Assembly: GCF_006345805.1 (NCBI RefSeq)
Contig: NC_043006.1
Location: 37,014,001-37,078,000, forward strand
Length of the DNA: 64,000 nt
Origin: Octopus sinensis
Lineage: Eukaryota
Reading direction: 5' to 3'
Below, piece after piece: positions 27,014 through 39,557 of this stretch; the first letter of the stretch is position 1, and every line of letters starts with the position of its first letter. A program made the position numbers and the translations under genes. The notes beneath the pieces were generated by a model. The model was not told the DNA's origin. It made no database searches and saw only the letters and a list, made by a program, of their open reading frames with translations.

Positions 27014-27534
27014 GATGAACAAACATGCTGTATATAAAACAATTGCTGTCTACGGGCGACGTTTTTTTCACACGGTTTCGCTAAAATGCTTTGTCATTCG
27101 ATAACGTCCAGAGGAAAAAGATGTTTACGGTAATAGTTTATAGATCAGCAAAACTCGACAGTTATCGTCAGCACATGGTAATTTAATACAGTGACTAATA
27201 GGCGTCTAGCCAAATGACAGGTTTCACAGCAAGCTTTAGAGAAATTCCGCCACCTACCACTAGTGAGTTTGGGAGGTCTCCCACTCGTGCTTTCATAAAT
27301 TAATTGCAAGCAGTCTTTTTCTTGTCATCACAGTAACTGTAATTAAACAAAATATAACGATGGTTTGGAATACCACCCAAAACTACATTCATTTACCCGT
27401 TTCCTGCCCCGTGCATAACACAGAACATATTTCCCTGGCATCCTCGTATATGATACACGTCAATCTCAGCTTTTGCCAACCACCAGAATTATTTGGGGCT
27501 TATGAAATGAAAGCTCTATAGTACTCAGAACATA

Positions 27535-28069
27535 TTAGGTTGTCCGGAAAGTTCTCAGCGTTTTAAAGCTAAATCGTTTAATGCCGCATTGAACACACCT
27601 GAAACATAACACAGTTAAAACTTTGGCGTTGCTTGAAGTGGAATTGCATCTCTTCTTTGTTCCTGACTAAAAATAGATTTATCTTCCATTCCGCTTACCT
27701 TTTATTGACATTTGAAATGGATAACCAAAAATTTCATATTTGCGTTATAATACTTTTCTTTTTTAAAAAAGGAAAAAATGCTGCAAAGACTTGCAAAAAC
27801 ATTTGTGAAGTTTATGGCGATGATGCTGGAGATGAATCAACTGTTCGAAGGTGGATTGCAAAATTTAAAGCTAGAGAGTTTAGCTTGGAAGATGACAATC
27901 ACAGTGGAAGACCTTCAAAATTGGATATTTTGAAGGTAAAAATCCAAGAAAATTTAAATATCAAGACTAGAGAACTTGAAGAGTTGGAAGTTTCTAAAAG
28001 TACGGTTCATGAAGTATTCTCTTTTTGCATATTAAAAAAATAACGCTCAGAACTTTCCAGACAACCTAA
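27535..28069 (+). mobile_element. Internally deleted mariner (HTH region only) with TIRs and TA TSD
   Basis: ttaggttgtccggaaagttct / agaactttccagacaacctaa flanked by TA; MDNQKFHICVIILFFFKKGKNAAKTCKNICEVYGDDA..SGRPS. Confidence 0.92.
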
Positions 28070-28614
28070 TAATAAATAAGGACTAACTAAATGCCTGAAA
28101 ACAAACATAGACGTTTGGAACAAATTTATGAAAATGCTTTGGCCAAGTAAAGATTTTTAAGTCCTCAACTGAAGCCTCACTACTGAGAATTTTTGTTTTT
28201 TGCTTGTTTTCGTGTTGGTCATGGCGTACTTCTCTTTTCAATGCTTTTTCTAGTTGTTCATTTCACGATTTGAGGAGCTATTGAAAGAATCGCTACAGAA
28301 CTTCTAAACTTGCTTTGTATCAAACAATTGCTCATCACATATAGGACGACCCCGACTATCAGCTTAATCTATCAAGAGGAACGGACCACTTTTCCACTGG
28401 CAAGGAAGTTGGATGCATTTCTTCAGTCTGGTGGCTATGACGAAAGAAATCCTGTGATTGATGCTGTTGAAATGTTTGAGAGTATAGCTTTCCCTCTTAC
28501 GCCAAACTCTCATCAATTTTTCCAAGACGAAGGTGAAAGGAGAGTGGGAAATGCATTCCTCCAATGTATTTTCTGAGAACTGGTTAATAGCAGCAAAAAT
28601 TGTCATAGCTAGAT

Positions 28615-28942
28615 CAGGGGTTCTCAACCATTTTTATCTATGGACCCCTTGGATTACTATTTTATTCTGATGGACCGCCATAGCCATTCGATGCTTGAAA
28701 ACTAGTTTTATGGAAAATTCTTTCAAATTCCTATATTGTTTTTCCTACATTAAACTCGTGTAGATTGAACTATGTAAAACGTTAGAGAAAGAAACGCAGC
28801 TGTTTCTTGCAATACATAATCAATACATACATCTAAAGCAAAATTTATCCAGGGGCCCTATAAATACTATTGTGGACCCCCAATTTGATATTTTGTTGCA
28901 TGGACACTGAGAGGCCATACGGACCCCGGTTGAGAACCACTG
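28615..28942 (+). mobile_element. hAT (Charlie-like) MITE, 328 bp
   Basis: caggggttctcaacc / ggttgagaaccactg TIRs; 8-bp flanks agctagat / tactagat with CTAG core. Confidence 0.85.
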
Positions 28943-29268
28943 TACTAGATGGTACTACTTTATCGACCTCAGAGAAATGAATAGCAAAGTTGGGATTTGA
29001 TCGTTAGTACTCCTGCCAAAATGCTTAGTGGCATTTCGTCCTTGTTTACGTTCTGAGTTCAAATTCCAGTGATGTCGACTTTGCCTTTCATCCTTTCGTG
29101 GTAAAAAAAAAAAAAGTACCAGTAAAGGGAACTTTTCTGTTTGAGTGCACTAGTGGAAATTTTAAAGTTTAGTGAAAATTAAAAAATTTGATGTATTGAT
29201 GCAATTTTCCACCCTGAATCTCGAAGGGCTAATTCACATCTTACTGAAAAGTTTAAAAAAAAAGTTAC

Positions 29269-29435
29269 AGGCGCAAGAGTGGCTGCGTGGTAAGTAGCTT
29301 GCTTACAAACCACATGGTTCCGGGTTCAGTCCCACTGCGTGGCATCTTGGACAAGTGTCTCCTACTATAGTCTTGGGCCGACCAAAGCATTTTGAGTGGA
29401 TTTGGTAGACGGAAACTGAAAGAAGCCCCTCGTAC

Positions 29436-29481
<46 letters not shown>

Positions 29482-29695
29482 ATATATGTTTGTGTTTGTG
29501 TTTGTCTCCCCAATATCGCTTGACAGCCGATGCTGGTGTGTTTACGTCCCCGCAACTTAGGGGTTCGGCAAAAGAGACCGATAGAATACTTACTAGGCTT
29601 AGAAAGAATAAGTCCTGGGGTCGATTTGCTCGACTAAAGGCGGTGCTCCAGCATGGCCACAGTCACATGGCTGAAACAAGTAAAAGAATAAAAGA
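29269..29695 (+). mobile_element. SINE family A, full length
   Basis: Complete head, internal microsatellite and tail. Confidence 0.93.
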
Positions 29696-30561
29696 GGGGT
29701 TTCAAGTTTGATAATTTTTACTCACAACCACGACCACCACCTCCACGACGACGACGACGACGACGACGACGACCACCACCACCACCACCATCACTACTAC
29801 TACTACTACTACTACTACTATCACCACCACCACCACCATCCTTGTCATGGTCAACATCATTAGCTTCCTCCTTCCCTCCTTCTTCTCTGTCTCCTCTTCA
29901 GCAGCATTATCATCTCCACTACTGTCTTCCATGTTTTTCTTTTTGTTGCGCTCTTTCAATGAAGTGTCTGTCACGTTATAATTTTGATTATATTTGAACG
30001 AAGCAAAATGGTAAGAGAAAGGAATCGGAACAACCACTCATTCTCTCTCCCCCTATCTCTCCCTCTCTCTGTACGATACCCGTTCAACTTCATTCTTTGT
30101 TTTTAATCCAGCTTCCCTTTGCCATCCCCCTTTCAAATCGTAGAGGTCATTTCTGGGTCAGAGCTTGTGTCCTTTGGCCTTGATCTTTGAGCATTCTTCA
30201 AGACCTACAGTTCACCGATTGTCTCTGTTAAGTCTTTTTAAATATACACAGGCAAACTGTATACAAATAAATTCAAAGAAAGATATAAACATTTTATACA
30301 TTTGTGCATAAACTCGTTTGTATATATGTGTGTGTATATACTTACGTATACACATTGATATGTGTGCGTGAGCGCTCACATACATATAGAAGTATAGCAA
30401 ATATATGTATGGATGTATGTGTGTATGTGTGTGTCTATGGATGGATGGCTGTATAGATGGATGTACGCCTGTCTTTGTGCTTGCGCACGTGTAATTTGTG
30501 TGTGTATTTATTATATCTATCTATCTATCTATCTATATCTATCTATCTATCTATCTATCTA

Positions 30562-30603
<42 letters not shown>

Positions 30604-30620
30604 CCTACCTACCTACCTAC

Positions 30621-30693
<73 letters not shown>

Positions 30694-31100
30694 AATCTAT
30701 CTATCTATCTATCTATCTTTATCATCTTTTTATCTTTTTACTTAGACTGTGGCCATGCTGGGGCCGTTTCCTTCTTTCACTTCACAATTTAGTGGAGGCG
30801 TCACTTTGGGCAAAGTACTTCCCCAAGGGAAAACAAAATTGGGATTTAACCTTAGGAATCTTGAAAGTTTACTTTCTTCTGTTCTGACCTTTCATTTACT
30901 TCGTCCTTTATCACCGTGACCACTCTCTCCTACCACACCGCAACCAACACCGCCGCCACCGCCGCCATCAGCTGATATTAATAAGAACTAACGTGGGGGC
31001 TGCTACATAGTTTCTTGACCTTCTTTAGCAACCAAATTCTCTCAGGTATCGTTCTGCTGTCCTATATAAAGATATATACATTATACAGGGCAATCCTCGA

Positions 31101-31295
<195 letters not shown>

Positions 31296-31305
31296 TTGTT
31301 GTCTA

Positions 31306-31524
31306 CGAAGGGGTGCTGAAAAGTTCCTGGCTGCGTGTAAAAGAAAATACTGGAGGATCAGTTAATTATGATTTTTTTTCAACATATTCCCTTCTCAGAT
31401 TAAACACCCTTATTGCAGCAGTCCTTAAGTTTTTCTAAACCCTGTAAAAGAACTCGGTAGTTTGGGTCTTCAACCAGGCCTTTCGCGACACCCTTAAAGC
31501 CAGAAACTTTTCAGCTCTCCCTCG
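31306..31524 (+). mobile_element. Mariner-type MITE (219 bp)
   Basis: cgaaggggtgctgaaaagttcctggct / agccagaaacttttcagctctccctcg with TA flanks. Confidence 0.85.
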
Positions 31525-31589
31525 TATGTCTGTCTACATATGTGTATTCACATGTGCGTCATCAAAATATAAAAACAACTTACCTTATG

Positions 31590-31760
31590 GAGATGGGTGG
31601 GAACGACTGTTTCCAGTTCTCCTAACATGACATTTACTTTCCGTCTTGTTTGTATTTTCCTCCTGAAACATAAGTCGAAAAACCAAATACAATATATATA
31701 TGTATATGTATTTTAATCGTGTATTTCTTAAATTTTATCATTGGTTCATCTATTGAAATA
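31590..31760 (-). mobile_element. piggyBac-like remnant interrupted by the 31761 mariner
   Basis: ISIDEPMIKFK resembles the piggyBac SIDESM catalytic motif. Confidence 0.4.
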
Positions 31761-32592
31761 CGAGGTCTGATCAATAAATATCCGGACTGTGGCCATAGTA
31801 ACGAAGCTAAAGCACGCAGAGTGAAGCCGCTTGACAAAGATTGACCTTGGACTCCATTGTGCACGCGCACTAAGTTTTAACGTTCTGGCTCACTTCCGCT
31901 GTTTACAGCTGTGTTTGAAAGGAATAGAGAAAGTTGTCAATGCGATACCTGCTCAGAGGCCTACGGGAAGTTGCAGAAAGTGTATGGAAAGGAGTGTATG
32001 AGCCGCACACAAGTGTGCGAATGGTTCAGACGATATTGATGAATGTTCTGGGAGACCCGCAACCAGCAGAACTGAGAAACACATCGCAGATGTACGTGCA
32101 GCTGCGAGGGAAATCGTCGAATCACCATCCATAAGTTATCAGAGGATGTGCAGATTAGTTACGGTTCACTTCAGTCCATTATTACTGACGATTTGGGTAT
32201 GAGACGCGTGTATGCAAAGTTTGTGCCAAAAATGCTTTTAGCTGGCCAAAAAACACACACGGGTTTCAGTTGCACAAGATCATCTTGATTGTGTCGAGAA
32301 CGATGAAAACTTTGGATAGGCCTCTGAGCAGGTATCGCCAAACTTTTGGCAAAATTTGATGCAGATTCTCTTATAAAATTTCTCTGTTATGGTCAATGCG
32401 ACGATCACACGCTACACACCTTCCTTCCAGTAAATCTAGAAGTGATCTAGAACTTTAAAACTTAGTGTGCAAGCACAGTAGAGTTCAAGGTCAATCTATG
32501 CCAAGCAGCTTTACTCTGCGTGCTTTAGCTTCGTTACTATGGCAACAGTATTGATACTTATTGATCAGATACTTATTAGATACTTATTGATC
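31761..32592 (+). mobile_element. Mariner deletion derivative
   Basis: Long inverted ends (cgaggtctgatcaataa..gaagctaaagcacgc); EAYGKLQKVYGKECMSRTQVCEWF and DLGMRRVYAKFVPKML fragments; right end damaged. Confidence 0.88.
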
Positions 32593-32919
32593 TTGGAAGT
32601 AGCAACTTTTGCTTCCAAGACCATGTATATCAAGCTTCGCGTTACTTTTCTAAATTGAGTATTCAGAATGACACTTATACTTTTCATAACTGGAAAATGA
32701 CAAAGAATCTCACAAAAGTGCTTGTCATCGGCGAGTTATGTTGAAATGGATAGGCTATTGAGAGAATGAAAAGCTCAAAACGTCAGAGTTACGTCATCTA
32801 AATATTATACAAGTGCAACAAGTAGCGTAGGACGGAGATTGTTACTGAACTGTCCATCTACCCTCGTTAATCACGAGAGTTTGGTTTTTAAAAAATAAAT
32901 AATAGTGAAGAATAAATCA

Positions 32920-33060
32920 TGTTTGTGCATTTTGCAAATGGAATAAAAGGTAGATTCACCAACGCCAAACTTGCGGCCTACAGCAAACGAAGCTTCCACC
33001 GTCGCGTGTTTTCTTGATCATCTCTCCTTCTCCCTCTAGAGAATACACTCGGCTGCGTTA
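32920..33060 (-). mobile_element. pogo/Tigger-like HTH remnant
   Basis: Frameshifted YSLEGEGEMIKK..AVGRKFGVGEST. Confidence 0.5.
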
Positions 33061-33309
33061 TTTGTTAGGATCAAGCGCCCACGTATATTTTTTCTGTTCA
33101 TGAGTACGAGAATGTTAAACACAAGCGATAGTCAGTGCATTCTTGGTAGCTAAGAATTGGGAGTGGTTGCTGTGGTGCGTTTTTGCGGTACAAGCAGAAT
33201 CTTTTGACTGACCGCCGATCCGTAATATCACAGATCATTCCGTGATAAGCGTAACATGGTTCACTCTTGAGCGTACCGTGCTATCCTGAATCAGTGATGA
33301 ATGAATTGG

Positions 33310-33460
33310 TGACACACGAGGCTTAGCCCTTTTCCTCCAGGCACTTGATAACACCACGATACCAAATTTTGTCCATTTTCAAGGGAAGTCGCTACTAGTT
33401 ACTTTTGAAGTCTTCTTTGAACGGTCAGATGTCAGATTACCTGTAAAAAAACAATGTAGT
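33310..33460 (-). mobile_element. Mariner 5' remnant
   Basis: MDKIWYRGVIKCLEEKG* (ATG at 33376) resembles a mariner N-terminus. Confidence 0.55.
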
Positions 33461-33840
33461 CATTAATAAGAAGAGTTGAAATTACTGCATACAAGATTTC
33501 ACTTCACTACTCTAGCATCATTCCTTCATAGTCAACCTATGAACTTTTCAGCCCACCCATGTATAGACATACGAGAAAACGAAACCAGTTTCCTCTGAGA
33601 GAAAATGAAATAAAAAAAAAGAAAAAAAAAGGAAAAGAAAAAAGGAAGGACACATTGAGCGCAGTCTAAGATATACATAGAAACGGAATCTTCACAGGTG
33701 GAATAGCTTTGATTATAGGTCTGAGACGGCCACCACTAGAACTACTTTGGTTAAATATGTCTGCAACAGCGGGGTTGGCATAAGGCTACAAAAATACATG
33801 AATAACAGCAGCGACATCATCATCATCTACAACAACAGCA

Positions 33841-33883
<43 letters not shown>

Positions 33884-33985
33884 TACTACTACAAAAAACT
33901 TATCAATTATGAAAATCTGAGAAAATGTGGAAAAAAAAAAACAGATGGTACTGTCGAAGATCAGATGAAGAAATATAATAACAAG

Positions 33986-34048
<63 letters not shown>

Positions 34049-34069
34049 GAGGCTTAACATAGACATTGC

Positions 34070-34165
<96 letters not shown>

Positions 34166-34411
34166 TTACATATGATGTTGTTGTGGTTGAAGGGCAACGG
34201 TACAAAGAAATGGTTTGGAGTTTCAAGTGGAATCGGGCTTCAGTTACAAGAATAACAGAAGTAAAAACAGACAAATGGCGGAGGGGGAATAATAAGTACA
34301 AGAAAAAGAACTGTGGCCCTTTGAGGCTTACGCACTTTAAAATGTGTTAGTTTGTAACTGATTATAAAAGCTTCTCTTTCTTTCCCTCTGTGTGCATGTT
34401 ATATGTGTGTA

Positions 34412-34444
<33 letters not shown>

Positions 34445-34557
34445 ATATGTGTGCGTGCATGAACGTATGTACATATATATATATATATATATACATACAT
34501 ACACACGCACACATGTAAGTGTATGTATGAATGTATGAATGTATGCGTATATGTGTA

Positions 34558-34588
<31 letters not shown>

Positions 34589-34681
34589 GTATATATTCAG
34601 CCTAACTTGGATGTGTTAGTTAATATTAATCACAAAAGCTGTTTCTATCGTTAATAGCTCACACACACACACAGACACACA

Positions 34682-34756
<75 letters not shown>

Positions 34757-35004
34757 CCCTTCTTAAAGCTATCTCTACAGATCTTCTTTAGAAATTAGAG
34801 CCAGCAGTGAAAGTTAAGACGTTTTGTATACGAATACATCTACGAAAACAATTCGATCGAAGATAAAGAAACATGTAACGGATGTATTATATGCATATTT
34901 CAGGAGTTCTTGGCCCTTCTTGCAACTGCAACTCCCAAGATATGAACAACCTTAATATTTTCCTTGTCATCCACATGTCAAAGATAAGAAAATGAAAAGA
35001 TTCG

Positions 35005-35203
35005 TTGGTTCATCTATTGAAATACGAGGTCTGATCAATAAGTATCCGGACTGTGGCCATAGTAACGAAGCTAAAGCACGCTGAGTGAAACCGCTTGACA
35101 AAGATTGACCTTGAACTCTGTTGTGCATGCGCACTAAATTTTAACGTTCTGGCTCACTCCCGCTGTTTACAGCTGTGTTTGGAAGGAATAGAGAAAGTTG
35201 TCA
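35005..35203 (+). repeat. Copy of 31741-31939 (mariner left end plus 20 bp of its flank) between 42-bp direct repeats
   Basis: ~95% identical to 31741-31939; 34964-35005 repeated at 35198-35239. Confidence 0.9.
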
Positions 35204-36583
35204 TCCACATGTCAAAGATAAGAAAATGAAAAGATTCGTCGTTGTTCCCGGCAGAATCGATTGTCGAATGCACTCTTCCAGTGTGTCACGATCTTGAAAT
35301 GATATATCGGACAGAAGTCACCTCTCCTGTCTCGAAATCTCATTGTTTAGGTAACATTCTTCCTTTGTTATATTTTCGCCTCCAAAATACTTTCGTTAAT
35401 TTCGACAATTCAAGATTAGACCATCAAGGTATAGATCCTCCTAATCAACACCTGTAGTGCAACTGATTCCTAGTTTCTTTACGTAAAATCGGGATCTACT
35501 AAGTTCTTTCATTCAGGAATATAAAACAGAATCGCAATCCTAAAAGGAAGAGCGATAATATTTATGTTGTTCCATGGAAACAGACAATTGCGATTACTGA
35601 TATGAAGGTAATTAACGCTTCTGATTAGCTAAACTTATAAACATCTTTAAACGCCTGTAATACTTTTATTATGAAATTCTAGAGAAAATGATTGCAATTC
35701 TCGTTATCAACATGAAAATCACATCATTGTAGAAAATCCGAGAATACTCTGGTGGTTAGAATAATTTTTAATATCTTTTAAACATCACAAATAGGCACAA
35801 GTTTTGTTTTTTGAAATATCAGTATTTAAATAACCTCAGATAAATATCTCAAATTCATTCCTGACAATCTTTACTAAGAACTCTTCATGCGTTATAAAAA
35901 CACGTTATAAAAACAAAACAAATTCACTAGCACAAACAAAGAATTAAAAGATCTTTCCAAACTAGCTGACCGAAGTGGTGTGACGCTATCTATCTGTCTG
36001 TCTGTCTGTCTGTTAACATACACACGCGCGCGCATGCGCAGACATACACACATACACACATGCACACCACATCGCTCGGTGACCGGCGTTGGTTGATGTG
36101 CTCACGTCACCGTAGCCTAGCGTTTCGGCAAAAGGGAACGATTGGACAAGACTTAGAAGAAAACACTTAAAAAAAAAAAAACTGAAATACTCAGGCCGAT
36201 TTGTTCAACTAAATCCTTCAAGGCGGTGCTCAATCATGGCTGCTATCCAATGACTGAAACAAGTAAACGATGAAAGCTAAAAGCTAGAAGCTAGATATTC
36301 TTATAGAGAACTATTCAATCTAGTGTGAGATATGTGGAAGAAGCAAAACTACTGTCGCTACAGAAATGTTATGTCAACATTAACAGATGACTAAACATCA
36401 ACTTTTCGGACCGAAATCTGTAGTTATCTGAGAATATTTTGTATTTTTATAATACTCTTATCTCAATTTTGGTTACGTTACATCGCTTTCATTTTATATG
36501 GCAGGTCAAGGAAATTTTGGAAATGAGTGAACATTGTATGATTACCACACTTACACACACATACTTCTATGCACGCATTAATA

Positions 36584-36934
36584 TGGTACTCCGTCGGTTA
36601 CGACGACGAGGGTTCCAGTTGATCCAATCAACGGAACAGCCTGCTCGTGGAATTAACATGCAAGTGGCTGAACACTTAACGTAGATCTCGGGGAGATTCA
36701 GCGTGACACTGAGTGTGACAGGGCTGGCCCTTTGAAATACAGGTACAACAGATACAGGAAGAAAGAGTGAGAGAAACTTGTGGTGGAAGAATACAGCAGG
36801 GTTCGTCACCACCCCCTGCTGGAGCTTTAGGTGTTTTCGTTCAAAAAACACTTACAACGTCCGGTCTGGGAATCGAAACAGCGATCCTATGCCCGCGAGT
36901 CCGCTGCCCTAACCACTGGGCTATTGCGCCTCCA
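36584..36934 (-). mobile_element. SINE family C
   Basis: tggaggcgcaatagcccagtggttagggcagcggac head; tail tggtactccgtcggttacgacgacg. Confidence 0.92.
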
Positions 36935-37925
36935 TATGCGCACATACATACGTATGTATGTATGTATATATGTATGTATGTATGTATACGCGCACGTGTA
37001 TGTGTATGTGTGTGTGTGTACATGCATGTGTATGTGTGTTGCGCGCGTGTCGCTCGTTTTCGTCACCGTCCTTTACGTTTGCTCACTTATTCCATCAGCT
37101 TTTTGTTCTTGACGCCACCAAAATGAACAACCTTATCGTTAAAAGCACGAAATGGCTATGACTTTTGGACGATAACTGACGAGGGATGAGCATATCTAGG
37201 TTTTGTTTGTGAATTTTCCGCGTCTTCTTTTGTCGCCCTTCTGTGCATCTTTCGAATATTATTTAATGTAGCCTCATGCACCACACCTCTTGTTCCCACT
37301 CAGTGGCACCCCACACAGCGGGTAACATTGATTGCGATGCCTCTGTTTCCCTTTCTCTCTCTCTTTGCTTCTCTCACGCTTTCCCTTTTCCTTTCTGTCT
37401 ATTTTTCCCTCACTCATCATCTTACGAGATGAAGATTGCTTAGAGACACAAAACGTGTTATAAAAATCTGACCCGCGCGTATATGCCTCTGCGTTCGCGC
37501 GTATATTTGTGTGTGCGTGCGTGTGCGTGTACGCGTGCTTGTGTTTGTGTGAGTGTGTGTTTGTGTGTGTATGTGTGTATGTCTAAAATATTTTTTAAAG
37601 AGCACTTTCGTTGCTACCTACTTCAGAATCGATCTTTTATTTTGTATTTAGACAAACAGCCACGCATACACACATGCACGCACACACATATTAACACACA
37701 TATACCCCCCCCCCACACACACGCTTAAAAACTCCGAGGAAACTCGAAGGTGTGTGCGTCTACAAATACAAAAACAAAACTAAAAAAAAAAACAAAAATA
37801 TCTATGCTCTGACCTTCTTGTGTTCGGATAAGTTCGTATGGCTTTTCTGAGTACACGTTTACGAGTGCACTCAAATACGTTAAAGACGTACATATACATT
37901 TCACCATTCTCTGTATGTATGTATG

Positions 37926-37959
<34 letters not shown>

Positions 37960-38544
37960 TGTATGTATGTATGTATGTATGTATGTATGTATGTATGTAT
38001 GTATGTATGCACTGCAAACACGTATTAAAAGCCATGGGAACCTATGTAGGTGTATGTACAATACATTCTTGTTATAGAGAAATTCCCATTTTATTTAACA
38101 AGTGGCCTCATTCTTTCATAGCTGTCACTGTTTATGTTTTCTACGACGTGTGGCCATGCTGAATTTGGGTGGCTCTAGAGTGACTTCGGTAATAGCAGCA
38201 GCAGCAGCAGTAGTCATAGTAGTAGTAGTAGTAGTCGTCGTCGTCGTCGTCGTCGTCGTCGTAGTAGTAGTAGTAGTAGTAGTTGTTGTACTTGTTCAAC
38301 TCTGTCGCTTGTAAGACGTTTGAAGTTAACTTTTCTGTCGCCAAATCAACGGAGCTTTTACGTTGTTTTCTCGCTTCCCTGGATAAATCTTTCAGAAATT
38401 GTACTCAGTCGTGATAAACCAAGAGAGGACCCAGCGGTTCTGAAGCAGGGTCCATGTGATCCATATACGATGCTCTTGTTCAAATTTATGCGAAACAAAC
38501 TGGTTATATTTCTCCGATACGCAAGCCATTTTACTCATTTCTTT

Positions 38545-38750
38545 TTAATTTGTTTCATTCATTTGATTGCGGCCATGCTTCAGCACCGTCTTTAGTCGAG
38601 AAAATCGACCCCAGAACTTATTCTTTGTAAGCCTAGTACTTATTCTATCGGACTCTCTTTTGCCGAACCGCTAAGTTACGGGCACGTAGACACACCAGCT
38701 CGGTTGTCAAGCGAAGGTGGGGTGGGGAACAAACAAAGACACACAAATAT
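38545..38750 (-). mobile_element. SINE family A, 3' half
   Basis: Tail and body match. Confidence 0.87.
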
Positions 38751-38760
38751 ATATGTATGT

Positions 38761-39157
38761 ACAGTTCTATATTTAAGAGATGAGGAATTATTTACATTAT
38801 TTACATTATTTACATTTGACAGATATTTGTCCTTATCATGCAGATACGAATAACATATGGGAAACGGTATTAAGGAAAGATAGGAAAATATTGGATTTAT
38901 AAGCCCTAAAAGTCACTCTATAATTGCCCACTGGCGTATGGTGTAGTAGTTAAGAGCGTGGGCTATTAACCCCCGAGTTCGATTCCAGGCAGTGACCTGA
39001 ACAACAACAACAACAACAACATCGAAAAATACTTTAGGAATGAGATCCCATGTTCGAAATTTCTCCAAGACACCTGATGAAGGCTGGAGGGTATATTAGC
39101 CGAAACGTTGTGTTAACAACAAACAAGATGAGGACAAATATCCATCAAATGTAAATA
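38761..39157 (+). mobile_element. tRNA-headed SINE-like element with Penelope-type hammerhead tail and an inverted tail fragment upstream
   Basis: A-box-like tggtgtagtagt 38939-50, B-box gagttcgattcc 38975-86, cactg/cagtg closing stem, (AAC)n linker, HHR 39069-39114; ~38806-38837 is an imperfect inverse of 39127-39157. Confidence 0.7.
39069..39114 (+). ncRNA. Minimal Penelope-type (type I) hammerhead ribozyme
   Basis: GACAC-CUGAUGA-A-GGCU(12-nt loop)AGCC-GAAA-CG-UU-GUGUU: intact core, palindromic ACGU stem III, GUU triplet, 5-bp stem I. Confidence 0.75.
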
Positions 39158-39336
39158 TATATATATATATATAACAAAAGGGACATTAGCCATTTGAATG
39201 TGGCTAGGGACAGGGCAGGGCGGTGGGGGTGTTACTGATGCATTTAGCCCCAGGCGATCATCAACGTCACCAGATAGGCTTGACACCATCACGGTGTCCT
39301 CTATCCTGCAAAGGGAGATCATTCCCCGAAGAAGCG

Positions 39337-39397
39337 GATGCCACATACGGACCCAGGTTTCAAGGTGTTTGCCTCTCGTCAACGTATGGTAGGCACC
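39337..39397 (-). ncRNA. Type I hammerhead ribozyme, copy 1 (best stem I)
   Basis: Minus strand: GGUGCC-UAC-CAUACG / UUGACGA / GAGG-CAAACA-CCUU / GAAA-C-CUGG-GUC / CGUAUG-U-GGCAUC. Core, stems I-III and GUC site present; C3 is U. Confidence 0.82.
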
Positions 39398-39557
39398 GCC
39401 CCTCGACGAACGACTCTCAGTGCAGGATATTTATATATAGATTTTCACGTAAATACATTTACTGATTTCGAAAATCTGTTCGACAGCAATAATAATTCTC
39501 TAAACGAGATATAGACAGTAACTGCTCCATAACAAAAGGAGCAGTTCGTCGAGGGGC

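Noticed and set aside
38929-38995. Functional tRNA gene
   Set aside because: Anticodon/variable region is shortened and the sequence continues into a repeat tail; likewise all SINE heads are tRNA-derived, not tRNA genes.
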